Notes: generated from the sequence alone by a model not told the origin. A stretch of DNA of 64,000 bases from Nitrospirota bacterium (GCA_963701855.1 CAVPBK010000014.1:1-64000); one strand, 5' to 3'; positions 41,574-51,456 are shown, counted from the stretch's first letter. Numbers and translations are program-made.

Positions 41574-41674
41574 GAGCAGATGGCAGATAGCGCATAGCTG
41601 ATGGTTCGGATGCGAAGCGCAATGCTTTCCCATATGCCCTTAGCCATAAGCTCTTCATCCCAGCGAGGTAAGCC

Positions 41675-42385
41675 ATGGCCGAGTCAATCAGGGAAACGTT
41701 GGTCCAGTATCCCGGCGACAAGGTGACGATGCGGGCCTATGTCGCTGCCCCGCAAACCAAGGAGCGACGCCCAGCGATTATCGTGATTCAGGAATGGTGG
41801 GGACTGACCGAACATATCAAGGGCGTGGCAAGGCGCTATGCCGCTGAGGGGTATGTGGCGGTCGCTCCGGATTTGTACTCCCGATTAGGGAACGCCCTCA
41901 CCACCGATCCCGGCGAGGCAGGCAAGTTGATGAATACGCTCCAGCAGGAAGATGGACTCAAGGATCTCAATGCCACCGTTGCCTATCTCAAGTCCGTTCC
42001 TGAGGTCGACGCCACGAAAATCGGAGTGACCGGATTCTGCATGGGCGGATCCTATGCGCTCATGCTGCCTTGTGTGAACAAAGATATTAAGGCCGCCGTG
42101 CCGTTCTATGGTCAGGTGCCGAATCCCGATGCGCCGCTGCAACAGCTGTCGGCTCCTGTCCTCTACCTCTATGGAGAGGATGACGGCTGGATTACCAAGG
42201 CGGATGTTCAGCGGCTCGCGGCAGGCTTCAAGAAATACAATAAGTCCGGCGAGATCAAAACCTATCCCGGCGCGCCCCATGCTTTTTTTCGAGATACAGA
42301 TAAGACCGTCTATCGTTCTGAGGCAGCCCAAGACGCCTGGATTCGCGCCACAGCATTTTTCAAACAGCACTTGAGATCGTCGTAA
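41675..42385 (+). CDS. Dienelactone hydrolase family protein
   Basis: QEWWGL, GFCMGG nucleophile, HAF. Confidence 0.92.
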   Translation: MAESIRETLVQYPGDKVTMRAYVAAPQTKERRPAIIVIQEWWGLTEHIKGVARRYAAEGYVAVAPDLYSRLGNALTTDPGEAGKLMNTLQQEDGLKDLNATVAYLKSVPEVDATKIGVTGFCMGGSYALMLPCVNKDIKAAVPFYGQVPNPDAPLQQLSAPVLYLYGEDDGWITKADVQRLAAGFKKYNKSGEIKTYPGAPHAFFRDTDKTVYRSEAAQDAWIRATAFFKQHLRSS

Positions 42386-42402
42386 GAGGAGTTAGAAGTT
42401 TT

Positions 42403-42858
42403 ATGCCGCTTGATGTCGAAATCGGAAAGACCATGCTCCAGTTGATTACGTCGCGATACGACGACCGGCATTGGCGCAAGAGGATAGAAAAGACCTTGGG
42501 TTTGCCTCAATCCGGTGTCGGAGATCCTGCGCAACAGCAGATATTCATGTATCTCAAGATCGGTCTCAAGGCCTACAAGTCGCGCCGGGCCGATCCTGAC
42601 TCCTGGATTATCGGAGGGTATGCGACGAAAGAAATTATTGATCGAGCCAAGTTTCAACCTCAGCTGGTCGGTCCAAACGTGACGAAGGATGATGTGGCAT
42701 TTCTCGGCAGCGATCCGGGGAAAGAGATCGACGAAGCCTGGTGGGATGAGATGCTGGTGTCCTGGTTCGATGTGCCGGAAGAAGAAAAGCCTGCCGAAGA
42801 AGAAGCTGCCGAGTCCACCGGTTCAGACCCCTCGTTCACCATCAAAGCGAAAGTCTAG
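42403..42858 (+). CDS. Hypothetical protein
   Basis: GAGGAG RBS, same strand directly after the hydrolase, acidic tail. Confidence 0.75.
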   Translation: MPLDVEIGKTMLQLITSRYDDRHWRKRIEKTLGLPQSGVGDPAQQQIFMYLKIGLKAYKSRRADPDSWIIGGYATKEIIDRAKFQPQLVGPNVTKDDVAFLGSDPGKEIDEAWWDEMLVSWFDVPEEEKPAEEEAAESTGSDPSFTIKAKV

Positions 42859-43156
42859 GACCGACGCCCGCTGCTGCTTCCGCTCTTGCCAGCAGGGGGT
42901 GGTCGCCCGGGAGGATGCGCGCCGCCGCAAGACCTCCTGAATCACCCAACTACGCCTTACTCGCTCGAAGCCTGTAAACTCGCCGAGCCTCAAACAATAC
43001 AGGCTTCGCCGTTGCAGCGGAAGAGCAACGGCCGCGAGTTGCGGCAAGTTGTGTCCCGATTCATCCGGTCATCGGCGGCAACGATCCTCCCGAACGACTT
43101 TGAGGAATAAACTGAGCGAGCTTGAAAGGATTTATAGAGACAGATGCGAAGCGTCG

Positions 43157-43253
43157 GCTCAACGCTTGAACTCAGCGGCACTTGAGGCGGCGTGCGTGGC
43201 GCGGCAGCGCCATGCGTGACGAGTCAAGTGTCCGCTGCAGCGATTTGTTCGGC
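43157..43253 (-). other. Integron attC site (97 bp)
   Basis: Minus strand GCCGAAC-AAATCGCTGCAGCGGACACTTGA...TCAAGTGCCGCTGAGTTCAAGC-GTTGAGC: R'' and R' cores, long imperfect palindrome with unpaired bases. Confidence 0.8.
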
Positions 43254-43327
43254 AGCATATGGAAATGGTCTATCAAGAGAATATGGCCGTTCGCGTAGAA
43301 CTCATTTTGGGGATGTGGAATGTCCTA

Positions 43328-44824
43328 TCAGTATGCCCACGCATTCTGCTTGAACAGTTCGACTTCTTCGGGTTGTACCACTTCTTGAGCATCAGACGCT
43401 GACCCCACCACAATCTTTGATACCTCTAACGCGCACTTGAGGTCATCGCTTGCGATCCAATCGTTCTCCCACAGATCTGGGGATTGGCCATTCACGATTT
43501 GACATATCGGCTCATCACTAGTGAACGTCATACCGACTGCTTTCGGCTGTGTTACTCGTTGCAACCATATTTCAAGGTAGCCGTTATACGGCACTCGGGC
43601 CATCTTTTTGTGAACCTTCTTCCACAGTCGAGCTTTCTCTTCGGTTGAGGCAAGTGAGATGAGGTGGCTCAGGATGGCCGCAACAGCGGGGAAAGTGGCC
43701 GGCGAAACGAACGCAATGTCCGCTGCAATCGCAACTTGCACCTCAAGATCGTCAGGATTTTCAGTTTGCGTCGAAATTTTGGTGTGAAACTCGCTAACCA
43801 AGCGTCGGAGCGCTCCACTATTCGGGAAGCGCTGCCCGAATGAATGTAGTCTTAGAAGTTGTTTCTGAATCGTTTTTGCATTTGCATCTCCTAGGTCTTG
43901 TAGATCAATGCCTGCCAACTTGTCCGGTTTGATTGATCCCTCGACGACATTCCTGCATAAGAAAGTCTTAGCTACGCCTAGCTTCATTCCGACTGACCGC
44001 AATTTATCACTGATAATTTTCAGTATCTCTTCGGCTCGATCGTCGCTATTGGAAAATATCTTGTAATCGTCGCGATATCTGAGTATCCGAAAATCGGCCT
44101 GATCGTCTAGAGCGGAGTTGATTTGTTGGTCAACATACCCAAGAACGATCTCCGCCACAAAGTCCATCAAGACAGAACCCTGAGAAATGCCGTTGGTCTG
44201 TCCGTACCTGCCTGCTTGGATGTGTGAATCGATTTTTTCTCCGAGAAGAGAGTTTTTCCCTTTTTCCCTCTTGGCTTCTTCAAGGCCGTGGAGTGCCCAG
44301 GAAATGCTGTGTGTATATAGAGATCCGTAACAGTCTGTTACATCGGTGTGAAGAATGTGACTGAATTCCAGAGAGTAGACTAGAGATCGCTGCTCGACAC
44401 TTTGCCACCAGCTCTTAATCTGTGTTGCCACATCTGCTTGATTGTCTAGCGACATCACTGGAGCGCTGCAACAGTCAACAGCGCCATCTTCAAACTCAGA
44501 TAAGCGTTTAGTGATATGTGTCCAATTCTCCGGGGCGCAGATTACATTCACCAAAGAGACATAAAGCGCCGGGTGCATCAGCTCATATGGACGCCACGCG
44601 AACTTGCCATCCTTATTTGCGATAAAGTTGTAGTTTACGTTTGGCAAATCCTTAGGGTTCTTCGACTTAAATGCAGCATAGTTCCCCCCTTTCAAGACCG
44701 TCTCGACGTCGTTCAGAATCGGCTCGAAGCTGATGTAGCTAGGCAAGTCACCATTGAAGTAGCTACTCTCCTTCAAGAAGTGCTTTCTTGCTTCTTCGTT
44801 TGAAAGCTCAACTAATCGCTTCAT
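43328..44824 (-). CDS. Reverse transcriptase, UG/Abi (defence-associated, DRT-like) class
   Basis: HTDVTDCYGSLYTHSISWA, NGISQGS, RYRDDY catalytic motif, helical C-terminal extension; AT-richer than flanks. Confidence 0.88.
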   Translation of the reverse strand: MKRLVELSNEEARKHFLKESSYFNGDLPSYISFEPILNDVETVLKGGNYAAFKSKNPKDLPNVNYNFIANKDGKFAWRPYELMHPALYVSLVNVICAPENWTHITKRLSEFEDGAVDCCSAPVMSLDNQADVATQIKSWWQSVEQRSLVYSLEFSHILHTDVTDCYGSLYTHSISWALHGLEEAKREKGKNSLLGEKIDSHIQAGRYGQTNGISQGSVLMDFVAEIVLGYVDQQINSALDDQADFRILRYRDDYKIFSNSDDRAEEILKIISDKLRSVGMKLGVAKTFLCRNVVEGSIKPDKLAGIDLQDLGDANAKTIQKQLLRLHSFGQRFPNSGALRRLVSEFHTKISTQTENPDDLEVQVAIAADIAFVSPATFPAVAAILSHLISLASTEEKARLWKKVHKKMARVPYNGYLEIWLQRVTQPKAVGMTFTSDEPICQIVNGQSPDLWENDWIASDDLKCALEVSKIVVGSASDAQEVVQPEEVELFKQNAWAY

Positions 44825-44846
44825 AGGCTTCAGAATTATTTTGATC

Positions 44847-44869
44847 GCATAACGCGGCGTGGGTTATGT
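44847..44869 (-). other. Cassette core site GTTATGC within a 23-bp hairpin ACATAAC-N9-GTTATGC
   Basis: 22 nt upstream of the RT ATG. Confidence 0.55.
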
Positions 44870-45267
44870 GTTCAACGAAAGAATGTAGTTGCCTTACCAT
44901 GCTATTTGTGTGCGCAGATGGTGGGGACATTCTACTTTTTCGAGCATGACGAGTCTATCTCTAGTCAGAGCCTCGGATGGAAGGGATGGGCACGGAGGCT
45001 TTCGCCATGGCGTCATATGCCGATTGCTTGCCAAACCAAGTGCAGTGGCGTCGTTCTTCCGGTCCGGTAAGGCGCACGGCCAACAATGAAGCGCCCATTT
45101 GCAGTCTTGCGTCATCGCATCATGGTGAAGCCGGAGCTGTCCGCCCTTCGTCAGCCGAGACATTTTTCTGCCCGACCAAGTCAGAAAGGGTCGCTCCGAA
45201 AGATGAGGGGTGGTGGCTCTGATAGGTACCGGCTGTGGTGGCTCGATGTGGAGTGTAAAGGGTTGGG

Positions 45268-45564
45268 TTACAGCAAGTAACGGTCGATGTTGAGCGCGCC
45301 ATGGAAAACGCCGAGAATATCGATCGCACCGGAATCTCTGATTATATAAGCGATTCGATAATGCCCATGTAGAAGAATGCGGATGTGTCGGTCTGCTCGC
45401 TGCCAGTAGCGATAGCCTGACTCGGGGAATTCTCTGAGGACTTCTGCTTTCTGGTAGAGCGTTTCTACGGTGCGATAGGCAGCGGCGGGGTTATCTTGCG
45501 CAATATAGTCGTGGATGTCGCGCAGCCATCGTTCGGCTTCGACTGTCCAGGTCAGCTCCCCCAT
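45268..45564 (-). CDS. RelE/ParE family toxin
   Basis: LTWTVEAERWLRDIHDYIAQDNP...FPESG...YRIAY...ILGVFHG. Confidence 0.88.
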   Translation of the reverse strand: MGELTWTVEAERWLRDIHDYIAQDNPAAAYRTVETLYQKAEVLREFPESGYRYWQRADRHIRILLHGHYRIAYIIRDSGAIDILGVFHGALNIDRYLL

Positions 45565-45737
45565 GTCTTGATGCGGCGCCCCATCTCTTCATGGCTGATC
45601 GTTCTTCGGGTATCGGAGTCCGCAAGCCCTCGTTCGATCATTCTGGCAAAGGCCAACTCCCGAAGAATTTCGTCGTAGGAACTGTCGTCTGGCTGGTCTT
45701 GAAGGATTTTGGCGATCTGTTCTTTTGCGGAAGGCAT
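45552..45737 (-). CDS. Cognate antitoxin
   Basis: Small acidic ORF overlapping the toxin start; IERGLADSD..RTISHEE. Confidence 0.82.
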   Translation of the reverse strand: MPSAKEQIAKILQDQPDDSSYDEILRELAFARMIERGLADSDTRRTISHEEMGRRIKTWGS

Positions 45738-45855
45738 GATCACCTCGTTAATTGAGATAACGATTCACTGACCCTACGCTCACAAGCTTAGCGGTAAGCC
45801 TCTTGATTTACAAGCAACCAACTGGATGTACCGATCATTTCACGGACGGCGGTTT

Positions 45856-46497
45856 CTAGCCGAAGAGATCCATTTGAGTCGGCTGCGGCGGTTCGATGTT
45901 GAGGGCTGGAGCGGCTGGCGTTGTGGATTCGGCTGGGGTCGGTTGAGAATGGCGGTCGAGGAATTCTCTTAACTTCTTGAAGTCTTCCTTGAGTGGTTCG
46001 AGCATGCTGCCTTGGTGCAAGGCTGCGGCTGGATGCAGTAAGGGGAAGAGGACGAAGTCTTTCAAGTAGAAGGCCTGGCCGCGAACCTTGGTAATCCCCA
46101 CCTTCCGTTCCAGTAATGTTTGCGTCGCCCAATTCCCCAACGTGCAGACTAGTTTGGGGTGGATCATCGCGATCTGTTGCATGAGAAATGGTTTACATGT
46201 CTCGACTTCATCCGGCTCCGGGTCGCGGTTATTCGGAGGCCGGCACTTGATCACATTGGCGATGTAGATGTCGCTGCGTGACAATCCAGCTGATTGTAGG
46301 AGATCGTTCAAGAGTTTTCCTGCAGCCCCGACAAACGGTTCCCCTTGCTGGTCCTCATGGAAGCCAGGCGCTTCCCCTACGAACATCACGCTCGCATGCG
46401 GATTTCCCACACCAAACACCACTTGGGTTCGGCCCATCTTCGCGAGCTTGCAACGTTGGCAGTTGTGCAGAGACTTGCCGAGTTCGAGGAGAGTCAT
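45856..46497 (-). CDS. udg: Family 4 uracil-DNA glycosylase (Fe-S)
   Basis: CQRC, GEAPG, PFVG, KCRPP, HPAA. Confidence 0.93.
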   Translation of the reverse strand: MTLLELGKSLHNCQRCKLAKMGRTQVVFGVGNPHASVMFVGEAPGFHEDQQGEPFVGAAGKLLNDLLQSAGLSRSDIYIANVIKCRPPNNRDPEPDEVETCKPFLMQQIAMIHPKLVCTLGNWATQTLLERKVGITKVRGQAFYLKDFVLFPLLHPAAALHQGSMLEPLKEDFKKLREFLDRHSQPTPAESTTPAAPALNIEPPQPTQMDLFG

Positions 46498-46627
46498 GAT
46501 GGTGAAGGGGGCCGGTGAAAATTTCAAAGGATTTTAGGCGGGCCGACTTTTCTTGTCAATGGAAGGGAAACGTGTGAAAAATGGTTGCGCAGACTGCCAT
46601 GTCTGTATGGAGCCAAAGGAGGACATC

Positions 46628-47284
46628 ATGCCATTCATAAAACGGCTCGTAGTCGGATTTTTTGTCTTCACGATGAGTGTAGGCGCGGCCTGGGCTGCTG
46701 AACGAGGGTATCAGCTTGTCGCCAGCAAGGACAGCAAGCTCTGCGCAAGAGCGCTGGAAGCGTTTCGTGAGGATGTGGACGATCGATGGCGGCTGCGATA
46801 CCAGCACGAGATCTTTCGGCAGATTCCCTGGAAGCCGGTCGAGTTGAAGGGGCAAGGGCCAAAAACGAGGCATTGCTCGAGTCTCGATAAAGCGGTATTT
46901 GATTTGGATAATGATGGGCAACCGGATTTGGTGGTCAAGACAACGTTCTGTATGAAGGGGAGTCCGAGCGACAGTTTCTATATGTTTCCTGCCAATAGCG
47001 CTGTTCTTGAGCAAGCCAATTGGCAGGACTTGTCGCCTCTGATGGCGACGCCTGATAAGTTCGAGCGGACGGGCGGGGCCTATCCCTTGACGCAACTTCC
47101 TATTGAGGAAACAGGCGTGAGCCGGACGACATTGGCAGGGGTCTTTACAGTTCAACCCTTCATGGTGGACGAGAGCGCGTACGTTAGTCTGACGGATGGG
47201 CGTGCTGAATGGACCGTGATCGCGCAATACCGAGGCAACGGACGTTTCGAGGACCTTTGTTACCTTCATGCGGCGGCAAAGTAG
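46628..47284 (+). CDS. Secreted hypothetical protein
   Basis: AAGGAGG RBS, signal peptide ending AWA, FDLDNDGQPD Ca-binding-like loop. Confidence 0.7.
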   Translation: MPFIKRLVVGFFVFTMSVGAAWAAERGYQLVASKDSKLCARALEAFREDVDDRWRLRYQHEIFRQIPWKPVELKGQGPKTRHCSSLDKAVFDLDNDGQPDLVVKTTFCMKGSPSDSFYMFPANSAVLEQANWQDLSPLMATPDKFERTGGAYPLTQLPIEETGVSRTTLAGVFTVQPFMVDESAYVSLTDGRAEWTVIAQYRGNGRFEDLCYLHAAAK

Positions 47285-47495
47285 GGAATTGCCTATTCCG
47301 ATCTATATCCCTTGGCGTTAGACAGATATTGCGCAACGCGTTGATGCTCGATATTCCATGCAGTGCCCGGGCGTGGTCGCTCGGGCTTTTGGCGTCTGGG
47401 CCAAACGGAGAAAAGTTGCTCTGGTTGTAGAAGTGGTTTTCGTTCACTAGACTCGCCTTTCCCGCCAATCTCGCGTGTCTCGCTCTGCGATCCTG

Positions 47496-48842
47496 TTAGC
47501 GGTGCGTGATTGCATCGGCGCAGCGGTTGCCGCTGACGATGGCGCTTTCGAGGTTGGGTGGCCATCCTGTGTCGGTCCAACTACCAGCCAGCAGCAAGTT
47601 GGCAATGGGACTGCGTTGGATGGGTCGATGTAATTTGGCTCCAGGCTTGAGTGAGAGGATGGCGTTGGAGATCGTTCGGCATCGGGTCGCTGCAATCCTG
47701 CGGTCGGGCGTCAGAAGTCCCCACGATTTGAGCAGGTCAGGGATAGCGATATCAAGCTGTGAGTCAGGGCGAGCCTGATCGAATTGACTGTCGGTGGTGA
47801 TGAGGGAGAAGGCTGTGCGATCAGGCGCTGCCGCTGTCGCAAGTACCAAGTGAAAGGATGTGTCACCCAGCAAGATGAGGCGAGGAGTGGCGCAGGGTTG
47901 CTCGACATGCACATGAAGGTTTGTGCTGTCGATCGATCGCAATTCCACGAGTTGTTGAAAATAGGCGTAGCGGGTTAGCCATCGTTCTGGAAGCAGGGAC
48001 GTGAGCTGTTGCGGAGGCAGGGCTGTCACATACCAATCGGCTTGCAATAAGGAACCATCTCGCAGCAAGACGCCGGAGATACGGTCTTGTTCGTAACGGA
48101 GTTGTGTCGCCTCAGTATTGTGCAAGATGGCGGCGCCCTCCTGCATCAACACCTCGCTGATCGGCTGTACGAAGCAGGTCTGAAGCGAGTCCTGCACGAC
48201 CGAGATGCAGCTATCGGGATGAGTGCTGAGGAACAAGGGCTTCATCGAGCGCACGAAGGCATCGGCGGACATCGTGGCGAGACCGTTGCCGGTCAACCAT
48301 TGCGCGAGAGGATTCCAGACGACCCGACGCGTCTGCGCACTTTGTCCGATCGAAGTAAGCCATTCATCGGCGGTGCGTTGCTCCAGATCGGCAGGCAGCT
48401 CTGCATCGCCTTCCCACAGCTGCTCCACCCATGATGCCAACCGCCACCGTTCATTCCAGGGAATGCCTGCAAATCTCAGGAGGTTTGCCCAGGTGTGAAG
48501 AGGAGCGGGGAAGGAGGTGCGTGGGTAATGAACGAAAGAGCCATCAGGGAGGCGAAATTCTAGCGGGATAGCAATTTTTTCCGGCTGCTGTGGACTGGAA
48601 TGCAGCGAATGTAGCAATGCTTGTGTCGCGTGATGGCAACCGAGGATAGTGAAGGGCTCAGGGTCATTGTGAGGGTCTTCGCCTATGAGGGCTCCTCCAA
48701 GCAGGGGGCGCCGTTCGATGACTGTGACGCGATAGCCCTGGCGGGTGAGGCGGTAGGCGGCGGTGAGACCGGCCAGGCCTCCTCCAAGAATCGCGACGGA
48801 CTGGGGGTTAGGGGACCTCACGAGGATCGGGTGCGAAACCAC
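47496..48842 (-). CDS. hpnE: HpnE-like FAD-dependent hydroxysqualene dehydroxylase
   Basis: GGGLAGL Rossmann motif, LAGSWTDTGWP..LESAIVSG; coupled to hpnD. Confidence 0.8.
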   Translation of the reverse strand: MVSHPILVRSPNPQSVAILGGGLAGLTAAYRLTRQGYRVTVIERRPLLGGALIGEDPHNDPEPFTILGCHHATQALLHSLHSSPQQPEKIAIPLEFRLPDGSFVHYPRTSFPAPLHTWANLLRFAGIPWNERWRLASWVEQLWEGDAELPADLEQRTADEWLTSIGQSAQTRRVVWNPLAQWLTGNGLATMSADAFVRSMKPLFLSTHPDSCISVVQDSLQTCFVQPISEVLMQEGAAILHNTEATQLRYEQDRISGVLLRDGSLLQADWYVTALPPQQLTSLLPERWLTRYAYFQQLVELRSIDSTNLHVHVEQPCATPRLILLGDTSFHLVLATAAAPDRTAFSLITTDSQFDQARPDSQLDIAIPDLLKSWGLLTPDRRIAATRCRTISNAILSLKPGAKLHRPIQRSPIANLLLAGSWTDTGWPPNLESAIVSGNRCADAITHR

Positions 48843-49687
48843 ACTCCGGCGGCCACGGCCAGTCGACGACTCGCTGAGAGTCGGGCGCGAGGGCCGAATA
48901 TCCGATGCTTCGGTTCCTCAATCTTTTTTAGAATTCTGAAATACACCGCGCGCATGATTTCAGCGACCGTCAACGCCTGCCGGTCGCTTGCCGGCAAGGC
49001 TTCAAACGCCGCCTGCGCTTTTGCATAGTATTCATGGGCTCTCGCGGTTTCGAAATGGAATAGTTCGTGGAAGGCGTCGCTTTCTTGCTGTTGGAGGACT
49101 GTTTGATCGGTGCAGCTAAACTTGTGGAGATCTTCGTGCGGGAGATAGATGCGACCTTGGGCTGCGTCTGTTCCAATGTCTCGTAGAATGTTCGTCAATT
49201 GAAACGCCATACCGAGAGCGACGGCATAGTCTTGTGCTCTGGCAGATGTGGGGCCGAAGATATGGAGGCAGATCAGTCCCACGACCGACGCAACACGATA
49301 GCAATAGAGCGAGAGGTCTTGAAACGAGGCATACCGTGACGCCGAGAGATCCATTTCGACCCCGTTGATCAGTTCATCGAAATAGGCCTGCGGGATAGCG
49401 AGTTGCCTCACATGCTCGGCCAAACTAATGGTCACCGGAAAGGTCGGTGTCCCGCGATAGGCCGCGTCAAGCTCAGCACGCCACTTTCTGAGTTCCTCTT
49501 GGGGATTGCTTCCTGTCGGCGGCTCATCGACCGCATTGTCGACTTCCTTGCAGAACGCATAGACCGTGTACATCGCGGCGCGCCGTTTTCTTGGAAGGAA
49601 GAGGAAGGAATAATAGAAATTGCTCCCGCTCTTCTTGGTGAGAGCCGTGCAATAGGCTTGCGCATCAGCGACAGAGCGTGAAGTCAT
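48818..49687 (-). CDS. hpnD: Presqualene diphosphate synthase HpnD
   Basis: KSGSNFYYSF, YCYRVASVVG, QLTNILRD. Confidence 0.85.
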   Translation of the reverse strand: MTSRSVADAQAYCTALTKKSGSNFYYSFLFLPRKRRAAMYTVYAFCKEVDNAVDEPPTGSNPQEELRKWRAELDAAYRGTPTFPVTISLAEHVRQLAIPQAYFDELINGVEMDLSASRYASFQDLSLYCYRVASVVGLICLHIFGPTSARAQDYAVALGMAFQLTNILRDIGTDAAQGRIYLPHEDLHKFSCTDQTVLQQQESDAFHELFHFETARAHEYYAKAQAAFEALPASDRQALTVAEIMRAVYFRILKKIEEPKHRIFGPRARLSASRRLAVAAGVWFRTRSS

Positions 49688-50619
49688 GAGTATTGGCGCG
49701 TCGGCAATGGTCCAAGGCGACAGGCCATGGACTCATGAATGTGGTTGTGACCTGACGGGTGCAGGATGGCAGCCAAGAGTTCGATGCCGTCGATAAGTCG
49801 CGGGCCCGGCCTGCTGAAATAGGACGAGGCATCGACCAGGAATGTGCGTTGCGCCAGGTCCTGGGAGAGGCGCCATTGATCCGGTTGCTGCAGTAGTTGG
49901 AGCAGTTCTGTTTGTGTCCGTTCAACAGAAAACCCGCAGGGCATCACGATGAGAACGTCTGGAGCTGCGGCAAAAATCTCGTCCCACGTCACAACCCGCG
50001 AGGGGCTGCCAGGCTGCGCGAGGACATCCTGGCCGCCGGCTAGCTGGACCATTTCAGGTACCCAATGGCCTGCGACGTACAGTGGAGAAAGCCATTCGAT
50101 ACAGACCACGCGAGGGCGATGCGAAATGTCCTGGACTCGAGTTCGGATGGTGTCCAGTCGGTCACGTAATTGCGTGGCGAGGCGGTGGCCCTCCGCCGAC
50201 CGACCGGCGGCGTCGCCGATTCGAACGACATCGTCGATCACGTCATGGACCGTACTGGGGTTCAACGTGAGAACGGTCGGTTGCTGTGGCATGGAGCAAA
50301 GGGCATCGTGGAGCTGGTCCGGCGTGACAGCACAGACATGACAGAGGTCTTGGGACAGAATCAGATCGGGTTGCGCTTGCCGCAACAGATGATCGTTCAG
50401 CCGATACAGCCGCTGTCCTGACGCCACCAGTTGATGAACCTGTCTGTCGATGTCGTTGCTGGACAGTCCATGAGGTGGAATTATCGGTTCAACCATGACG
50501 GGCACATCCTTGATCGATGGTGGGTAGTCGCACTCGTGACTGATCCCAACCAATTCATCGCTCAGGCCTAGCGAGGCAATTATTTCGGTCGCACTTGGAA
50601 GCAGGGAGCAGATTCTCAT
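49684..50619 (-). CDS. BtuF-like cobalamin/TroA-family binding protein, no signal peptide
   Basis: RICSLLPSATE, GISHECDYP, FSRPGPRL. Confidence 0.8.
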   Translation of the reverse strand: MRICSLLPSATEIIASLGLSDELVGISHECDYPPSIKDVPVMVEPIIPPHGLSSNDIDRQVHQLVASGQRLYRLNDHLLRQAQPDLILSQDLCHVCAVTPDQLHDALCSMPQQPTVLTLNPSTVHDVIDDVVRIGDAAGRSAEGHRLATQLRDRLDTIRTRVQDISHRPRVVCIEWLSPLYVAGHWVPEMVQLAGGQDVLAQPGSPSRVVTWDEIFAAAPDVLIVMPCGFSVERTQTELLQLLQQPDQWRLSQDLAQRTFLVDASSYFSRPGPRLIDGIELLAAILHPSGHNHIHESMACRLGPLPTRQYS

Positions 50620-50631
50620 ATCATTCGGTTC

Positions 50632-51327
50632 TTATTCGCCAGACCACAGGCGTGTGCGGAGTTCGCTGAGACGAACTTGTGGAAGACTCTGGGTGACTGC
50701 ATGGGCTTCATACAGATCTTGGATCGTGTGCGTGTTTGCCACGGCGAGGACTTTCATTCCGGCGGTCTTCGCACCGCGGATACCAGGGATGGAGTCCTCA
50801 ATCACCAAGCAGGATTCGGCAGTGATGGATTGCTCTCGGCGTGGCCGATTCAATGCATTGAGGGCGTGGAGAAAGGGTTGCGGATCGGGCTTCCCTCTGG
50901 TCACGTCTTCTGCGCTGGTGATGTGAAGAAACATTTTTTGGAGTCCTGCCTGTTCAAGGATCACCTCGATCTCATGGCGGAGGGCGCCGGACGCGATGGC
51001 CAAGGGGTAGGCGGCGGCGGCTTCGCACAGAAATTCGCGCACACCGGGGAAAATGACCAGATGATCCTTTACCGATTCCAGATAGGCATGAGCTTTCCGG
51101 CACATCAGTTGCGCGATGACGGCTGGGTCAGTGGAGCGCTGGTGCGCGGTGAGTGCTGCGATAAAGCAGCCTCGATCGTCGTACCCCAAGTAGTTGGCGT
51201 AGTAGTCTGACTCAGTCAGGCTGATGCCGATTTCAGCCAGAGTCTGGCGAAAACCAGCGAAATGGAGGGGCTCGGTGTTCGCGATCACGCCATCGAAGTC
51301 AAAGATAATCGCTGAGAGCGTGTTCAT
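50632..51327 (-). CDS. HAD-superfamily phosphatase
   Basis: FDFDGV, KPDP, IEDS. Confidence 0.92.
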   Translation of the reverse strand: MNTLSAIIFDFDGVIANTEPLHFAGFRQTLAEIGISLTESDYYANYLGYDDRGCFIAALTAHQRSTDPAVIAQLMCRKAHAYLESVKDHLVIFPGVREFLCEAAAAYPLAIASGALRHEIEVILEQAGLQKMFLHITSAEDVTRGKPDPQPFLHALNALNRPRREQSITAESCLVIEDSIPGIRGAKTAGMKVLAVANTHTIQDLYEAHAVTQSLPQVRLSELRTRLWSGE

Positions 51328-51456
51328 TGGGATCGCATCGATAGTTTTGGTATGACCACGAAATGTAAAACGCGCAGATTATAGCACAGGGCGATTGCCA
51401 GATCAGGCGTAATGTGCCTGCTCTGGAGACCACTCGCGTGAAAGAAAATGCGGGGG

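Noticed and set aside
41575..41655. Short degenerate ATAGC/ATGGC repeats after pmbA
   Set aside because: Too short and irregular to assign; probably an intergenic hairpin.
43328..44824. Group II intron or DGR
   Set aside because: No maturase domain or intron ends, and no template/variable repeat pair or avd gene seen.
44870..45267. Retron msr-msd or DRT2/DRT9-style ncRNA upstream of the RT
   Set aside because: No long a1/a2 inverted repeat seen, RT lacks the retron VTG motif, and the region lies outside the apparent cassette boundary; not fully excluded without RNA data.
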